A DNA stretch of 58,253 nt, filler included, from Asterionella formosa (Eukaryota): assembly GCA_002256025.1 (NCBI GenBank). It is 8 parts of 8 records of this genome, joined end to end, with 100 filler letters (N's around TTAATTAATTAA, not from the genome) between each part and the next. Parts side by side here need not be neighbours in the genome. Positions count along the whole stretch, not along the records: positions 43,785 to 50,972 come from NKIB01012507.1; positions 51,073 to 58,253 come from NKIB01012508.1; 6 more parts are not named here. One strand, given 5' to 3'. The notes under the pieces were generated by a model, which did no database searches, had not been told where the DNA came from, and saw only the letters and a list, made by a program, of their open reading frames with translations. Of this stretch, positions 46,981-58,253 are shown in pieces. The translations under genes and the position numbers were made by a program. Every line of letters starts with the position of its first letter. Position 1 is the stretch's first letter.

Positions 46981-49206
46981 TCAGGAAGTGGTACCATCAG
47001 CCAATATAGTCTCAAATGCTGCAACCGAACTCCGAATGGGCGATTCCACGTCGCCTTGTTGAAGCGAGGCATTTGGAGGTGTATCAAGTATCTTGTTATT
47101 ATTGTTCCGCCTTTGGATGATTTCTACCGCATCCCGCCCATGAAAAAGGGCCGCATGACCCTTAATTGAGAGAAATGCTGTAATGGTGGCACTGGCCATG
47201 ACAACGAAACCCAGCAGGGAAAAGGACGGGTGATAGTCATATTCACGAAAAATAAATGCAAACACAACCCCTCCGACATTTCCGCCAGCTCCAACAATGC
47301 CTGCAACTGAGCCAGTTGCGGCGGAATCGACATAGGTGACGATCCCGTATGTTGATCCTGTGGCCGCCTGGACAAGGATGCTCAAAACAACCATGGCGGT
47401 AATGGCACCTCCCAATGTGCTGGTGGTCGAAAACATGACAGCCATGACGCCTTCCAAAAAAAGCACAATAGCTTGCACCCATAAACGTCCTCGCATCCCA
47501 AATTTGGCATTTGCCATGTCAGAGGTAAAACCCCCAAGGCCTCTGGCAAACAAGTTGGTCCAACCAAAAATAGAAGCAATGCCTGCGGCAGACTCAGTCG
47601 AGAGGCCATACTTTTCTTTAAAATCTAAACGTAGGTTTTGGAGTTGACCATGTATATGGTAACATTTGTGTCAGTGTCGCGTTACGAATATTACCTCCAA
47701 GGATGTCATCATCAAACATCACTTACAGAGCGCAGAGGCATTGACTATTGTGATTTCAACTCCAAAACAACATCCATACTGTACAAACAGAATCCACGTA
47801 TTTGAGTTCCAAAAGGCACGCTGAAGGGCATTCAGGGCCGACACGGGGGGAAGGAGTCCCTGGCGGTACCTTTCGCGAACGTTTCCCTTTGGTGAATCAT
47901 CCGAGTAATTGAAAACGATATAAGCTAAAATAGCACACATGCAAGCTGGCACAACACAGACCGTTCTCCAGGCCAGATCAGCTGCCCTTTCATTGGCCCC
48001 GACTTGATTTTCTCCACTTGTTAGGTGTCCACCGTAAATCAATTTGAAGAGAGGAAACAACACAGATCCCATGACAACCTGGGTCACGCCTCCTCCTAGG
48101 TTTCCCCAGCCGGCCACCAACGCATTGGCTGTTCCGGCCACCTCTTTTGTAAACATACTGTATGTCCAATACTGACTAGTAACGAACGCAGACCCAGCGA
48201 CTCCAATGAACAATCGTAGGACATTTAACCCTGTGGCCGTGTGAACCAACCCTGTCAATGCCGTTGGGATGGCCGACAACAGTAAGGTTCCCGACATTGC
48301 CCACCGCGCTCCAAACTTGTCACAGAAGGGCCCATTGAAGATGCGTGTCACAGCCGACCCAGCGACGCCGTAGATGCTCGAAGTCCATATTTGTCGTTTA
48401 GTCAAATGCAGGGATTGCTGAACTTCGGTCAAGAGAGGTGTAATGGCAAACCAAGTGAAGAATGCCACAAAGAAAGACATCCATGCCAAATGAAAGGCTC
48501 GCATGTGAGGACGAGCCCAGCTTCCCACGGGAATTTCGACAGCCCGATCCTCTTGGCTAGCATCGACCAGGCAGGCGTAGAGACTGTGCTGTTCGACGGT
48601 AGAGTCGCGTGCCTGTGCTGCTGGGAAAGGCGTGTCAATATGGATTGGATCATCGAACGACCAGTCCGTTTCCGAGTAGCTAGAGTTGTATGATTCTGCA
48701 GTGTCACATCCCATCTCCGCATCATCTACGATATCGTCATCTGCCACATTAGGAGGGCTAAAAGAAATGCTGGAGTTATATGGCTTTGCAGCTTCATTTC
48801 CAAACTCAGGAGCATCCACTACGTCAAAATCTGCGACAGATATTGGCCTTGTTACATCTTCATACTCTTGTAGCCGCCATGAATAGGATGGATTCCAAGC
48901 TCGTAGCCGAGATCGCTTCGTCGCTGCTGATGGACGTCCCGGCAACTGCAATCGTGCGGCCTCTTGGTGAATTGAGCGAGGATGATGAAAGCCTTCGTCG
49001 AATGACGAGACCGTCGATGACAACGAACCGGCATCCTCCGGGACCTGTTCTCGTCGTATGTGAACATGTTGTGGTACAGGAATTGTTCGCGCTGCTGTGA
49101 CCAATTCGCGGTTATCGGCCGCCAAATATGCCGGCATTTCCGTGACACAAGCTGTCTTTACTTCTTCGGTTTGCGTGTTGGCGTCCTGCTCCTCATGGCC
49201 TGTCAT
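46981..49206 (-). CDS. NRT2: High-affinity nitrate transporter (NNP/MFS), 2 exons (49206-47727, 47624-46981), ~707 aa
   Basis: RPHMRAFHLAW, the NNP signature AGWGNLGGG, YGCCFGVE, FGWTNLFARGLGG and GIVGAGGNVGG. Intron GTAAGT(47726)...TTTAG(47625) restores ALYFKE. Confidence 0.93.
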
Positions 49207-49968
49207 TCAAAATTGTCCTATGTTTGAAACCCGTCAATGCTTTCGCTCTTTAAATTGGGAATGAAGACAATTGAATGGACGCTGTAGTCAACACAGTACC
49301 GGTTACGTGCATACCGTTGTTTCAAGTGTCAAGTATCAACTACTTTAGTGTTGATGGTGGCCAATCTGTCGGTATGAAACCGGCATCTGGAAGTCTTACC
49401 AATCAAGATGACATCTTGAACAAAATTACATATTTAGCTATACAAAAGCATCAAATTTACGACAAGGGAATGGCAGGCACTGACAGCTGACACGATATGC
49501 CACGAACACCATACTACCGGTACTGGGTGTACCAGATACCAGGTACCAGGTGGTGTCATGGAGGGTAGAAGGGGGGTACCAGGGTGCCAGGTAGTTATAT
49601 ACTATAAATATGTACAGGTACCGGAGTGTAACCGATGCTCCAGTTACCTGGACGAACTGGCATGCAGATGTTGAGGGTCGTTCTTATCATTTTTTTTCGT
49701 GTATCACGGAATTTGAATTTTTTTGAAAATGTATCAGCAACGGTAACTCGATTTGAACTGAATTTCATTCATTCCAAAAGTGTCACTGTATCACTAATTT
49801 GTGATCACATTGTATCATGGAGTAAAATGAATCTTCAACGGCAACAGGCTGGCGAAGATCATGTGTATATCCCTCCAGAATATAATGATGGTCTTGATAT
49901 CAAGCAACAACAAAATATAATTACCGGGAAACTAAATATAATATTAAAAACACACATTTGCATGAATC

Positions 49969-50972
49969 ATGTCGTCGCCATTTGATTTACTTGATGATAA
50001 TGACGATGACAGTAGTGATCTTGATTTCTTCTTCCTCTGTCATTTAACTAAGGAAGCAGAGGAAAAAGAACACTCATCCAAACGACAAAGGCGACGCTGT
50101 AAACGGCAGCTTCAGTCATCTGAACGACGACGACAACGAAGGCACAAGTGGCACCACGAAAGAATCTCCTGGCAATCACATGTCGAGAAACTCAATCACG
50201 AGATTGCTTTCGAGAAGACATACAGAATGTCACACAGAGCATTCAAAAAACTCACCTCCATGCTGGAAATTCAGATTGCAGGGAATTATTCCAAATGTGG
50301 CACTTCTGAGCCCATAATTCCCGAAATTGTGGTAGCCATTGGTTTGCGATGGCTGGCTGGTGGCAGTTACATCGACATTCGTCATGCCTACGGTTGTAGC
50401 ATTGCTTCACTTTATCGATGTCGTGATTTGTTCATTGATGCTGTACTAAACTGTGAAGAACTCGAAATTATTTTTCCAAAAGAAAAAGAAGAATTTATCA
50501 AATTGGCTTCCAGCTTTGAATGCAAAAGCTCAGAGGGCGTGATGAGAGGATGTGTTGGTGCTATTGACGGCTTCCTTGCCACCATCAACCGCCCGACTAT
50601 AGTTGAAAGTGGCAACAACCCTGGTTCATTTTTTTCCGGTCACTACATGACTTATGGAATCAATGTCCAGGCTGTTTGTGATGCTGACTCAAGATTTATT
50701 TATTTTGGTGTAATTGCACCGGGAAAATGCAGTGACCAAGTAGCTTTTGAAAAAACTTCCATTTTCGATCAAGTTGCAGCATTCAACACAGGTTTTTATC
50801 TGGTCGGCGATGCAGCTTACACATTGTCTGATGTAATGCTTGTTCCCTTTGTTGGCTCACAACGTGATGATCCAACACAGGATACATTTAACTTTTTCCT
50901 TTCACAGCTAAGGATAAGAATAGAAATGGCATTTGGTCTTCTTCAGACAAAATGGTGTGTTCTGAAAAAAAA
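49969..50972 (+). mobile_element. PIF/Harbinger (DDE_Tnp_4) transposase, uninterrupted, 3'-truncated by the scaffold end
   Basis: FEKTYRMS, LRWLAGGSYIDI, CVGAIDG, INVQAVCD, VGDAAY and FNFFLSQLRIRIEMAFGLL. Confidence 0.9.
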
Positions 50973-51072
50973 NNNNNNNNNNNNNNNNNNNNNNNNNNNN
51001 NNNNNNNNNNNNNNNNTTAATTAATTAANNNNNNNNNNNNNNNNNNNNNNNNNNNNNNNNNNNNNNNNNNNN
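50973..51072. other. Artificial scaffold-joining linker
   Basis: N44-TTAATTAATTAA-N44. Confidence 0.97.
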
Positions 51073-51073
51073 T

Positions 51074-52384
51074 AAGAGCATCATTGATGGTCCCTATCCT
51101 TTTCCGGGGGGTCAAAATGTGGAAGATGGCATTTTCCATCAAGTCAGATTTGAGTGGGTGAACAGCACCATGACGTTGAAAGTATATTGGGAAGGCAACA
51201 CTACGGCAATTAGTTCTACTGTGATTGACTTGGTGGCCACATTTGGTTCTGAATCCGCCTATTTCGGTTTCACTGCTTCCACAGGCCAGAAAAGCAATCA
51301 ACACGAGGTTTGCTTTGCGAGTATTTCGGGAACTGTGGTTGAAACGTTGGCGCCTTCAGTGCAGCCTACAATTGCACCCAGTGTTGCAGCAAGTTTTACT
51401 CCTTCCTTCTTACTTTCCCAGAGACCATCAAGACCATCAAACAGTCCATCAGTTGGTGCTACAGCTGTCAATACTCCTTCCATCTCGCCTACCATATCAT
51501 CCCCTGACAGCATTTCACCCTCCTTTGTTGGTTCTCTGGAACCATCATTCAACAGTCCTTCAAGCCAGGTATCTGATACACCCTCATCGACTTCAGCCTC
51601 ATTTGTTACACAAACAAAGAGTCCAATTATTGAAGTTACTCTTGCTCCAATTGTTGCAACAACAGATACTCCTTCGACACATACTGACTTTTCAACACCT
51701 GCTCCCAGTGAAACTAACGCTCCTAGTACAAGCTTTGTTGCTCCTTTGACCCCTCCTGTTGTATCACCAACTATGTCTCCATCAATTCTTTTGTCAAGTG
51801 ATGCTCCATTGACCCCTCCTGTGGCGTCACCTACTGAATCTCCATCAATTGTTGTGGCAAGTGATGCTCCATTAACCCCTCCTGTGGCGTCACCTACTGA
51901 ATCTCCATCAATTGCTGTTGCAAGTGATGCTCCCTTGACACCTCCTGTTGTGTCGTCTACTGAATCTCCATCAATTGTTGTGTCAAGTAATGCTCCCTTG
52001 ATCCCTCCTGTGGCGTCGCCTACTGAATCTCCATCAATTGTTGTTGCAAGTGATGCTCCCTTGACCCCTTTTTTTGCGTCGCCAACTGAATCTCCATCAA
52101 GTGATGCTCCCTTGACCCCTCCTGTGGCGTCACCTACTAAATCACCATCAATTCTTTTGTCAAGTGATGCTCCTTTGACTTCTCCAGTGGCGTCACCTAC
52201 TGAATCTCCATCAATTGTTGTGGCAAGTGATGCTCCCTTGACCCCTCCTGTGGCATCACCAACTATATCTCCATCAATTGTTGTTGCAAGTGATGCTCCA
52301 TTGACCCCTCCTGTGGCGTCACATACTGAATCTCCATCAATTGTTGTTGTAAGTGATCCTCCATTGACCCCTCCTGTATTTTAG
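51074..52384 (+). CDS. Legume-lectin (ConA-like) domain C-terminus plus an S/P/T mucin-like stalk, partial
   Basis: NVEDGIFHQVRFEW...AYFGFTASTG..NQHEV, followed by SPT-rich repeats. The ORF stops abruptly inside a repeat. Confidence 0.75.
   Translation, partial: KSIIDGPYPFPGGQNVEDGIFHQVRFEWVNSTMTLKVYWEGNTTAISSTVIDLVATFGSESAYFGFTASTGQKSNQHEVCFASISGTVVETLAPSVQPTIAPSVAASFTPSFLLSQRPSRPSNSPSVGATAVNTPSISPTISSPDSISPSFVGSLEPSFNSPSSQVSDTPSSTSASFVTQTKSPIIEVTLAPIVATTDTPSTHTDFSTPAPSETNAPSTSFVAPLTPPVVSPTMSPSILLSSDAPLTPPVASPTESPSIVVASDAPLTPPVASPTESPSIAVASDAPLTPPVVSSTESPSIVVSSNAPLIPPVASPTESPSIVVASDAPLTPFFASPTESPSSDAPLTPPVASPTKSPSILLSSDAPLTSPVASPTESPSIVVASDAPLTPPVASPTISPSIVVASDAPLTPPVASHTESPSIVVVSDPPLTPPVF
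51740..52377 (+). repeat. Coding minisatellite, 63-bp unit (SDAPLTPPVASPTESPSIVVA), ~10 units
   Basis: GTGATGCTCCHTTGACCCCTCCTGTGGCGTCACCTACTGAATCTCCATCAATT recurs, with one shortened unit near 52098. Confidence 0.95.
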
Positions 52385-53199
52385 GACCGTACTTTTTTTG
52401 TTCTCTTTTCAATGATGCTTCGCCCATATCGTGGTCAGCACTTGTGTTCTCTTCATTTTGGATCTTTTATTTTAATTACTTTTATAGAAATGCATTTTGA
52501 AAATCTCTTTTTTTGTGGTTGAATAAATTGTCTTTTAATCTGGCATTTCATATAATTATAGCAAATATTTGAGTGCTGCAAAGACTGCCAGGCTTAATTT
52601 TGCATGAGATTTTACTTATACTCATGGTTGTACTTGTCCAATAAGTTCTGGTGAGAATTGATGATGGAATAGCCAATAGAGCAACAGATGACAAAATGCA
52701 TCATAGTTGATGCTCAAGATGTCAAGGGTGTACCTCACAACCATTTATTGACTTCCAAACTGTTGCATGTTTTGCAAACATTTCATGAAAATTCCATAAT
52801 TTGCGTGCATGTATTAAATGTCATTGATTAAGCGCCTCATTATTGCTTCTCTATTGTCAGTAGGGGAGCTGGGGTGGCGTTTCCTGGCATAACAACAAGC
52901 CTGGATTGTGTAGAAGAAAACCCCATAACCCGCCCGGTATCAACCTAAAAAATGTGATGACTCTGGGTGCTTAAATGTGAGGAGGATGAGGTGGATTCAC
53001 TCTCTCAAAATTAGAGAAAGGGAAGTGCTAACTGGTGCTATTGTGCTGTGTTTGTTAATCTTCTACCTCAATTTTGAACCAGTGAAGAAAGTGGTGAGCT
53101 TCGTTTGTGAACACAAAGGAGCGAGTTTGCGGTCACACTGTGGTTCTTGACTGCTTTCCCGTCAAGTGCCTTGGAATTGTGCTATAAAATTGGTATATA

Positions 53200-53680
53200 T
53201 GCTGCTATCCTTGTTTGGCCAGATGCGCCAGCCAATTCATTGAATAGAGATTCTGCTTTTTCAATAAACCTGTTTTTTCCCTATCCGAGCTTTGAGTACT
53301 AGCTCCAGTAAAAAGGGTTGGTAAAAGAGATGGGAATCTCTTTTGTCGGTTGTATGATGCTGCTGTGAGTATAAACTTCTGTTTGCATCATAGGCTAAAT
53401 GAGGAGCGATGCTCTCATTTGTTCCTTTATAGAAAGCATGATTTTGTTCCTCCCAAGCTTGCAACGCCAGTTGCAATAACTGAGTGATTGCAGACTTCAT
53501 TCATGAGTTAGCCTGAACTGTAGTTACCTCCTGGTCTGGGTTTGATAACATTGCCTCACAAATGATCATGTGAGTCCGGAGTGGCAATCGGCTTCATGAT
53601 GATGGATTCCATGAGTCATGGTTGTCAATTGGTGGAATAATGAAATTTTTTGAAAAATTAGGTTGTCCCATTGTATCATA
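53200..53680 (-). mobile_element. Probable decayed LINE ORF2 C-terminal remnant
   Basis: ITQLLQLALQAWEEQNHAFY resembles the W..RN..LH motif at the end of LINE ORF2. Heavily degraded. Confidence 0.35.
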
Positions 53681-54397
53681 CAAGCAAATTAAACCGGTAC
53701 AAATTGTGTCCATTCTTATAGTCTGAGTGCGAAAATTGGACAACTTTACCGAACCATAAAGTTTAATTGACAATCTGCCTCATCACAGTGGCACCAAATT
53801 GGAACTCAACAAAACCCTCACCATTCAACAAATTTGAGGGAAACAAATTATTTTTGGTAGTATAGTAGAATATTTTCCAAGCTGAGTGAAAGACTTCAAT
53901 TTAAATCAGCTCAAAAGCACAACAATGCGACCCGCTGCCTCGACTCTGCCTCTTCAGGGAGTGTGTATCAAACCCTTCCCCACCGCCTTCCAGATACTGG
54001 TTAGGTTAAATATTTCAATAATCTGGGCTGTGAATGCCAGGAGAGCGCCATGCAGGCTGCTCTACTAGCTATTCCTTAGGCAGTTTTAACATGCCAGTTT
54101 ATAAACAATGTTACATTATTTATTAAATGGTAAAATTTCTTTTTCGAACCTTGCTTCTTTTAAAAAGCAACTGAGTGTGATTTGAACAATGATGCTATGA
54201 TGCTTTGTATATGTTAAAGTCTACTAGGCCGAGAGGTTCTCAAAATGTATTTATTTGGTGGATTCATGACAAAATTGAGTGATAGAACACATATGTGTAC
54301 ATCCCAGTATTTTTATTGACAATGCAACAATATAACTATTGAAATGTTTCTTTGTGTTGTAGAAATTTGTAGAAATTCAGTTTCGTCCCTTGTTCGC

Positions 54398-55999
54398 CAA
54401 TGGTGGATTCGAAAACACAGCAGAACTACATGTAATGAAATATGATGCAGCAATGAAGACAAAGAATGCGGCTGCATGGAAAGTTGCTGTAGATGAAGAA
54501 CATGATCGTATGGTGAACAAAAATGTTTGGAAACCTATTGACAGAGCAAAGATTCCAAGTAATTCAAAAGTACTGACTTCAACGTGGGCAATGAAGAAGA
54601 AAGCAAGCGGAAAATTTCGAGCTAGGCTGAATGCAAGAGGATTTGAAAAAGTAGATGGTATTCATTGTGACAAGAATACAAAATCAGCTCCAGTCACAAA
54701 TGAAATTACAATTAGAATTGTATTCATTTTGATGGTAATGGGAAGGCTGTATGCTGAATTATTGGATGTTCAAGGTGCATTTCTCAAAGGAGAATTTGCT
54801 AATGGAGAATCAATTTATATGGAGGTACCTCAAGGTTTTGAGAGGCATTATAAAAGGAATGATGTTTTGTTGTTGAAGCGAAATATCTATGGGTTAGTTC
54901 AGGCAGCATATGCATTCTGGAGGGAACTTGTGAAAGCATTTTATGATATGGGATATATGAGGAGCAAAGCAGATCCATGTTTATACTTTGCGTGGACTAC
55001 TAATGGATTAATTATGTGGTTATCTTGGGTTGATGATTGCTTGGTGGTTGGTAAGAAAGAGGAAGTTTTAAAGGCTAAGAAGAAAATGATGAGAAGATTC
55101 GATTGTGATGAAGTTGGACCGTTGAAGGAATATATTGGATGCAAAGTGGATTACAATCCTGATGAGGGCTATGTGCAACTGACTCAACCAGTGTTGTTGC
55201 AAAGCTTTGCTGATGAGTTTGAGTTACCCATAGGTGACAATACAATTACTCCCGCGGTGCCAGGTGATGTTTTGAGGAAAGGAAAATCGACCGAAATGTT
55301 ATCTGTCAAAGAAATGACAAAATATAGGTCTGGTGTGGGAAAATTGTTGCATTTGATGAAATGGTCTAGACCAGAGATCATGAATTGTGTTAGAGAGTTG
55401 TCATGTTTTATGATGGAGGCATTAGGTGCACATATTCAAGCAATGAATAGAGTCATGAAATATTGCATTGGAACTCCTGATCGTGGTTTAAAGTTAAAAC
55501 CAAGTGGTAGATGGAATGGTGATCCAAATTATGAGTTCGTAATTTCAGGCATGTCGGATTCAGATTATGCCAAGGATCCGGATAGGAGACGAAGTGTCAG
55601 CGGATATGCTACATTTTTGAATGGGACACCAACATCTATGAAAAGTAAAATGCCATCGTGTGTTACATTGTCTGTGACAGAAGCAGAATTGGTTGCAGCC
55701 ACGCAATGTGCGCAGGATATGCTGTATGTCATGAGGGTTCTAGAGTCAATGGGACTCAAGGTGAAGAAACCAATGAAACTGAGCATTGATAATAAAGGTG
55801 CAGTCGATCTAACGAACAATTGGAGTGTTGGAGGTCGAACTCGTCATGTGGATGTGCGATATTATTTTTTGCGTGAATTAAAGGAAGAGAATGTCATAAT
55901 CTCTGAATGGATTGGTACAAAAAACAATCATAGTGATTTATTCACAAAGAATTTGGCAAGAAATTTATTTGAAAAGCATACTGCAAAGTTCTGTGGTAA
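54398..55999 (+). mobile_element. Ty1/Copia pol fragment: reverse transcriptase plus RNase H, uninterrupted
   Basis: KFRARLNARGF, LDVQGAFL, YMEVPQGF, IYGLVQAA, SWVDDC, SDSDYA..RRSVSG, SVTEAE, IDNKGA and RTRHVDVRYYFLRE. Confidence 0.93.
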
Positions 56000-56399
56000 G
56001 GCTCCAAAGACTACCTTACTCAAGTCAAGGTTTCTCAGATTGTAAACTAATTGTAATTATATCTAAACTATCAATCCTGCCAACTGGTCCTGCCAAACTT
56101 AATCCTGTCAAATTCAATCTTACCAAATACAATTCAAGACTTCTACTCCAACTAATTTTGATCCCACTGTCAGTCCCATGAAACATTTCACGACTTGACT
56201 CATCAGACTCTCAACATCAACCGGAGTCTTTATAGCCTCCAACACCCTCCCCTTGAGAGTCTCTATCTTCATGGCTCTTCATATACTTATCATTACCACA
56301 GAACTTTGCAGGATGCTTTTCAAATAAATTGCTTGCCAAATTCGTTGTGAATAAATCACTATGATTGTTTTTTGTACCAATCCATTCAGAGATTATGAC
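55994..56399 (-). mobile_element. Inverted Copia 3' end: RNase H tail, PPT (56245-56254) and 3' LTR (56244-55994)
   Basis: Minus strand reads VIISEWIGTKNN..FCGNDKYM, then AAGGGGAGGG|TGTTGGAGGCT ... AGCCTTACCA. Confidence 0.85.
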
Positions 56400-58127
56400 T
56401 GTTATGCGAGATATTATTTTTATCAGATTGCGAACCTTGGGCTTGCAAAGCAAGAGTGGCCGACCTCCTGTCAATAATAGAGAAGGAAAGAAGAACTACA
56501 TGAAATTAACTTTGATGCAGACAAATAAATTTTTTATTTATTAGTTGGATTTAATCTAAGTTTCACCTTCTGAAAGTGTATGAAAATAGTGACCCCGCTT
56601 TCTCTTGCATATCTTAATTTCTAGCCAAGCCTAAACTACAACAGAAATTTCGGAGCCATAGCCATGATGATGATCTTTCAACTCTTGGTTGGGGTCCAAA
56701 AATCTGTATTTGTGATACACAGGTGGTGTTCAGACGAAAAAACCGTCGATGATACAAAGATATGATATAAACCACCATTTTCGAAACAAAACCCGGAGAT
56801 GCTACACCCATGACGACCAATGACAGAACCATACTAAGAACAGCCCTAAGTATGTATAAGAACATCAGGGTTGGTAGCACCAGGAAGAACTATGTGGTGT
56901 ACCCTTCTAGCAAATGAGTACCACCTAAAAACTGAGAGTCAATGTTTAATAACTCCTTCTTCGGACTTAAATTATCGAAGCTTCTTAAATGATAAAATTC
57001 GAAACAAGTACGAACTTTAGCTATTGTAAGCACAATGATGTTGTTACTACTACATATTGCTTTTGTAGCAACAAAAAATCTGTTTGGACACTAAATAAAT
57101 CTATCGACGGAAATACTTTATAATACCTGTATACATAGATATATGAAAGATGATGCCAGCTAAATAGAGTAAAAATAAATTTAGCTTTTTCATTCCATAT
57201 CTCATTGACAGCAACCTTTGAGAATAAAAATAGTATGGAAGTAAGCAACACATGGTAAGCAATTGATGAAATCAAAGCATGATCATTATTGGTTAGTATA
57301 TAAATTGCTACAATATTGCAGGAATAATTATGTTCAGATCTAGCATATTTAGTCCAAAACATGAATTCACTCGATTTAACATCATTGACTCTCAGTTCAA
57401 AATCTTCCAAATGTTGACTCTCAGTTTTAGGTGGTAGTCTTAAAAGCACTTAGCTAATACGTATACTACCGAAGTGAGCTTAATTTTATAGTCAACCCAT
57501 CGATGTATTCTGAATACAGCTGGTTCAAAGCAATTTTATCTAGTAGTTGGTTCCATGACGAATTGGAGTGATTTTTCAATCAACTACCGGTACTGTAATA
57601 TCTTTATCTAGATTTCGGACACCTGATGTCGAGAGAAACAACCTAACAGACACATTCTGACAGCCTGCTTTATCGGTGTATAAATACTGCTACCGTACCG
57701 GTAGAATGAAATACTCCTTCCGCCATGCATTGCTCATCCCTTGGCCTATCGTGATACAATAATAGATCACGGCAATCGATTGCATGGAGATAGATGCCTT
57801 TCATAACATTACTATAACACATATGATTTCCGCACAATCGCGAACAAGGAGAGAAGCGAGGACTAGAACGTATGATGTTTTCGCGGAAGCATGTCTGTGA
57901 CACGTAAGGACGTAAGCTGCAAACCGGGCGAGCTTGTTATCCTAAAATTTTTGCAGGATCTCCAGATGGGAACAGTCGTGAGTGAATAATGCGATGATGT
58001 GGGATCCAGCTTTTCTTTGCTGATTTCAAGGCTTAGTGAGGCGGGATCAACATATGGGATGGCGAAAAAGATAACAAACCCATCTCACCGAAAGGACACA
58101 AAACAACCAACTGCACAACCTCAAACG

Positions 58128-58217
58128 ATGAAGCTCCTTGCAACTCTTGCTTTTGCGACCGCCCTTGTGGCTCCTGTTGCCTCTGTCTCTCTTGATCTCC
58201 ACGATCTCTTGGACTCG
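58128..58217 (+). CDS. First exon of a secreted protein
   Basis: MKLLATLAFATALVAPVAS signal peptide after an A/C-rich leader, with donor GTAAGC at 58218. Confidence 0.65.
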
Positions 58218-58253
58218 GTAAGCTGAATTTGTTGTATTTGTTGAATCATTAAG

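Noticed and set aside
52830..52960. LINE 3' UTR matching the SINE tails
   Set aside because: Only scattered short matches (e.g. CTACACAA), which cannot be distinguished from chance without a computed alignment.
56570..57560. Coding region (ORFs 56614..56880, 57021..57449)
   Set aside because: AT-rich, non-ATG starts and no recognisable motifs. Probably decayed repeat DNA.

Overview
This is eukaryotic nuclear DNA, most likely from a TE-rich diatom. That call is an inference from PGRL1, NRT2, PT-mucin repeat proteins, short GT-AG introns and CoDi/GyDi/Ambal-like retroelements. The window is not one locus: it is eight unrelated ~7.2 kb scaffolds (7208, 7202, 7197, 7196, 7191, 7190, 7188, 7181 bp, size-sorted) joined by an artificial N44-TTAATTAATTAA-N44 linker. 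Host genes include an LRR membrane protein, a 4-TM protein, TAPT1/EMP65, an SLC35F-like transporter, an F-box-like protein, NRT2 with a long N-terminal extension and a secreted beta-helix-like protein. Partial genes include PGRL1, GH99, LtrA-like and a lectin-mucin, plus a frameshifted trypsin-mucin gene. Much of the rest is transposons: three Copia pieces, an LTR-bounded decayed Gypsy, an Ambal-like LINE, a Kolobok with TIRs and TTAA TSD, pogo-like, IS630/Tc1-like and Harbinger transposases, and several MITEs. The most notable observations are: a tRNA-derived SINE with a perfect 16-bp TSD; a second SINE-like element inside a fold-back element; Copia primer sites complementary to tRNA anticodon arms; a palindromic TACCAGG/GGTACC motif family clustered upstream of genes; and an inverted duplication of a Copia 3' end.
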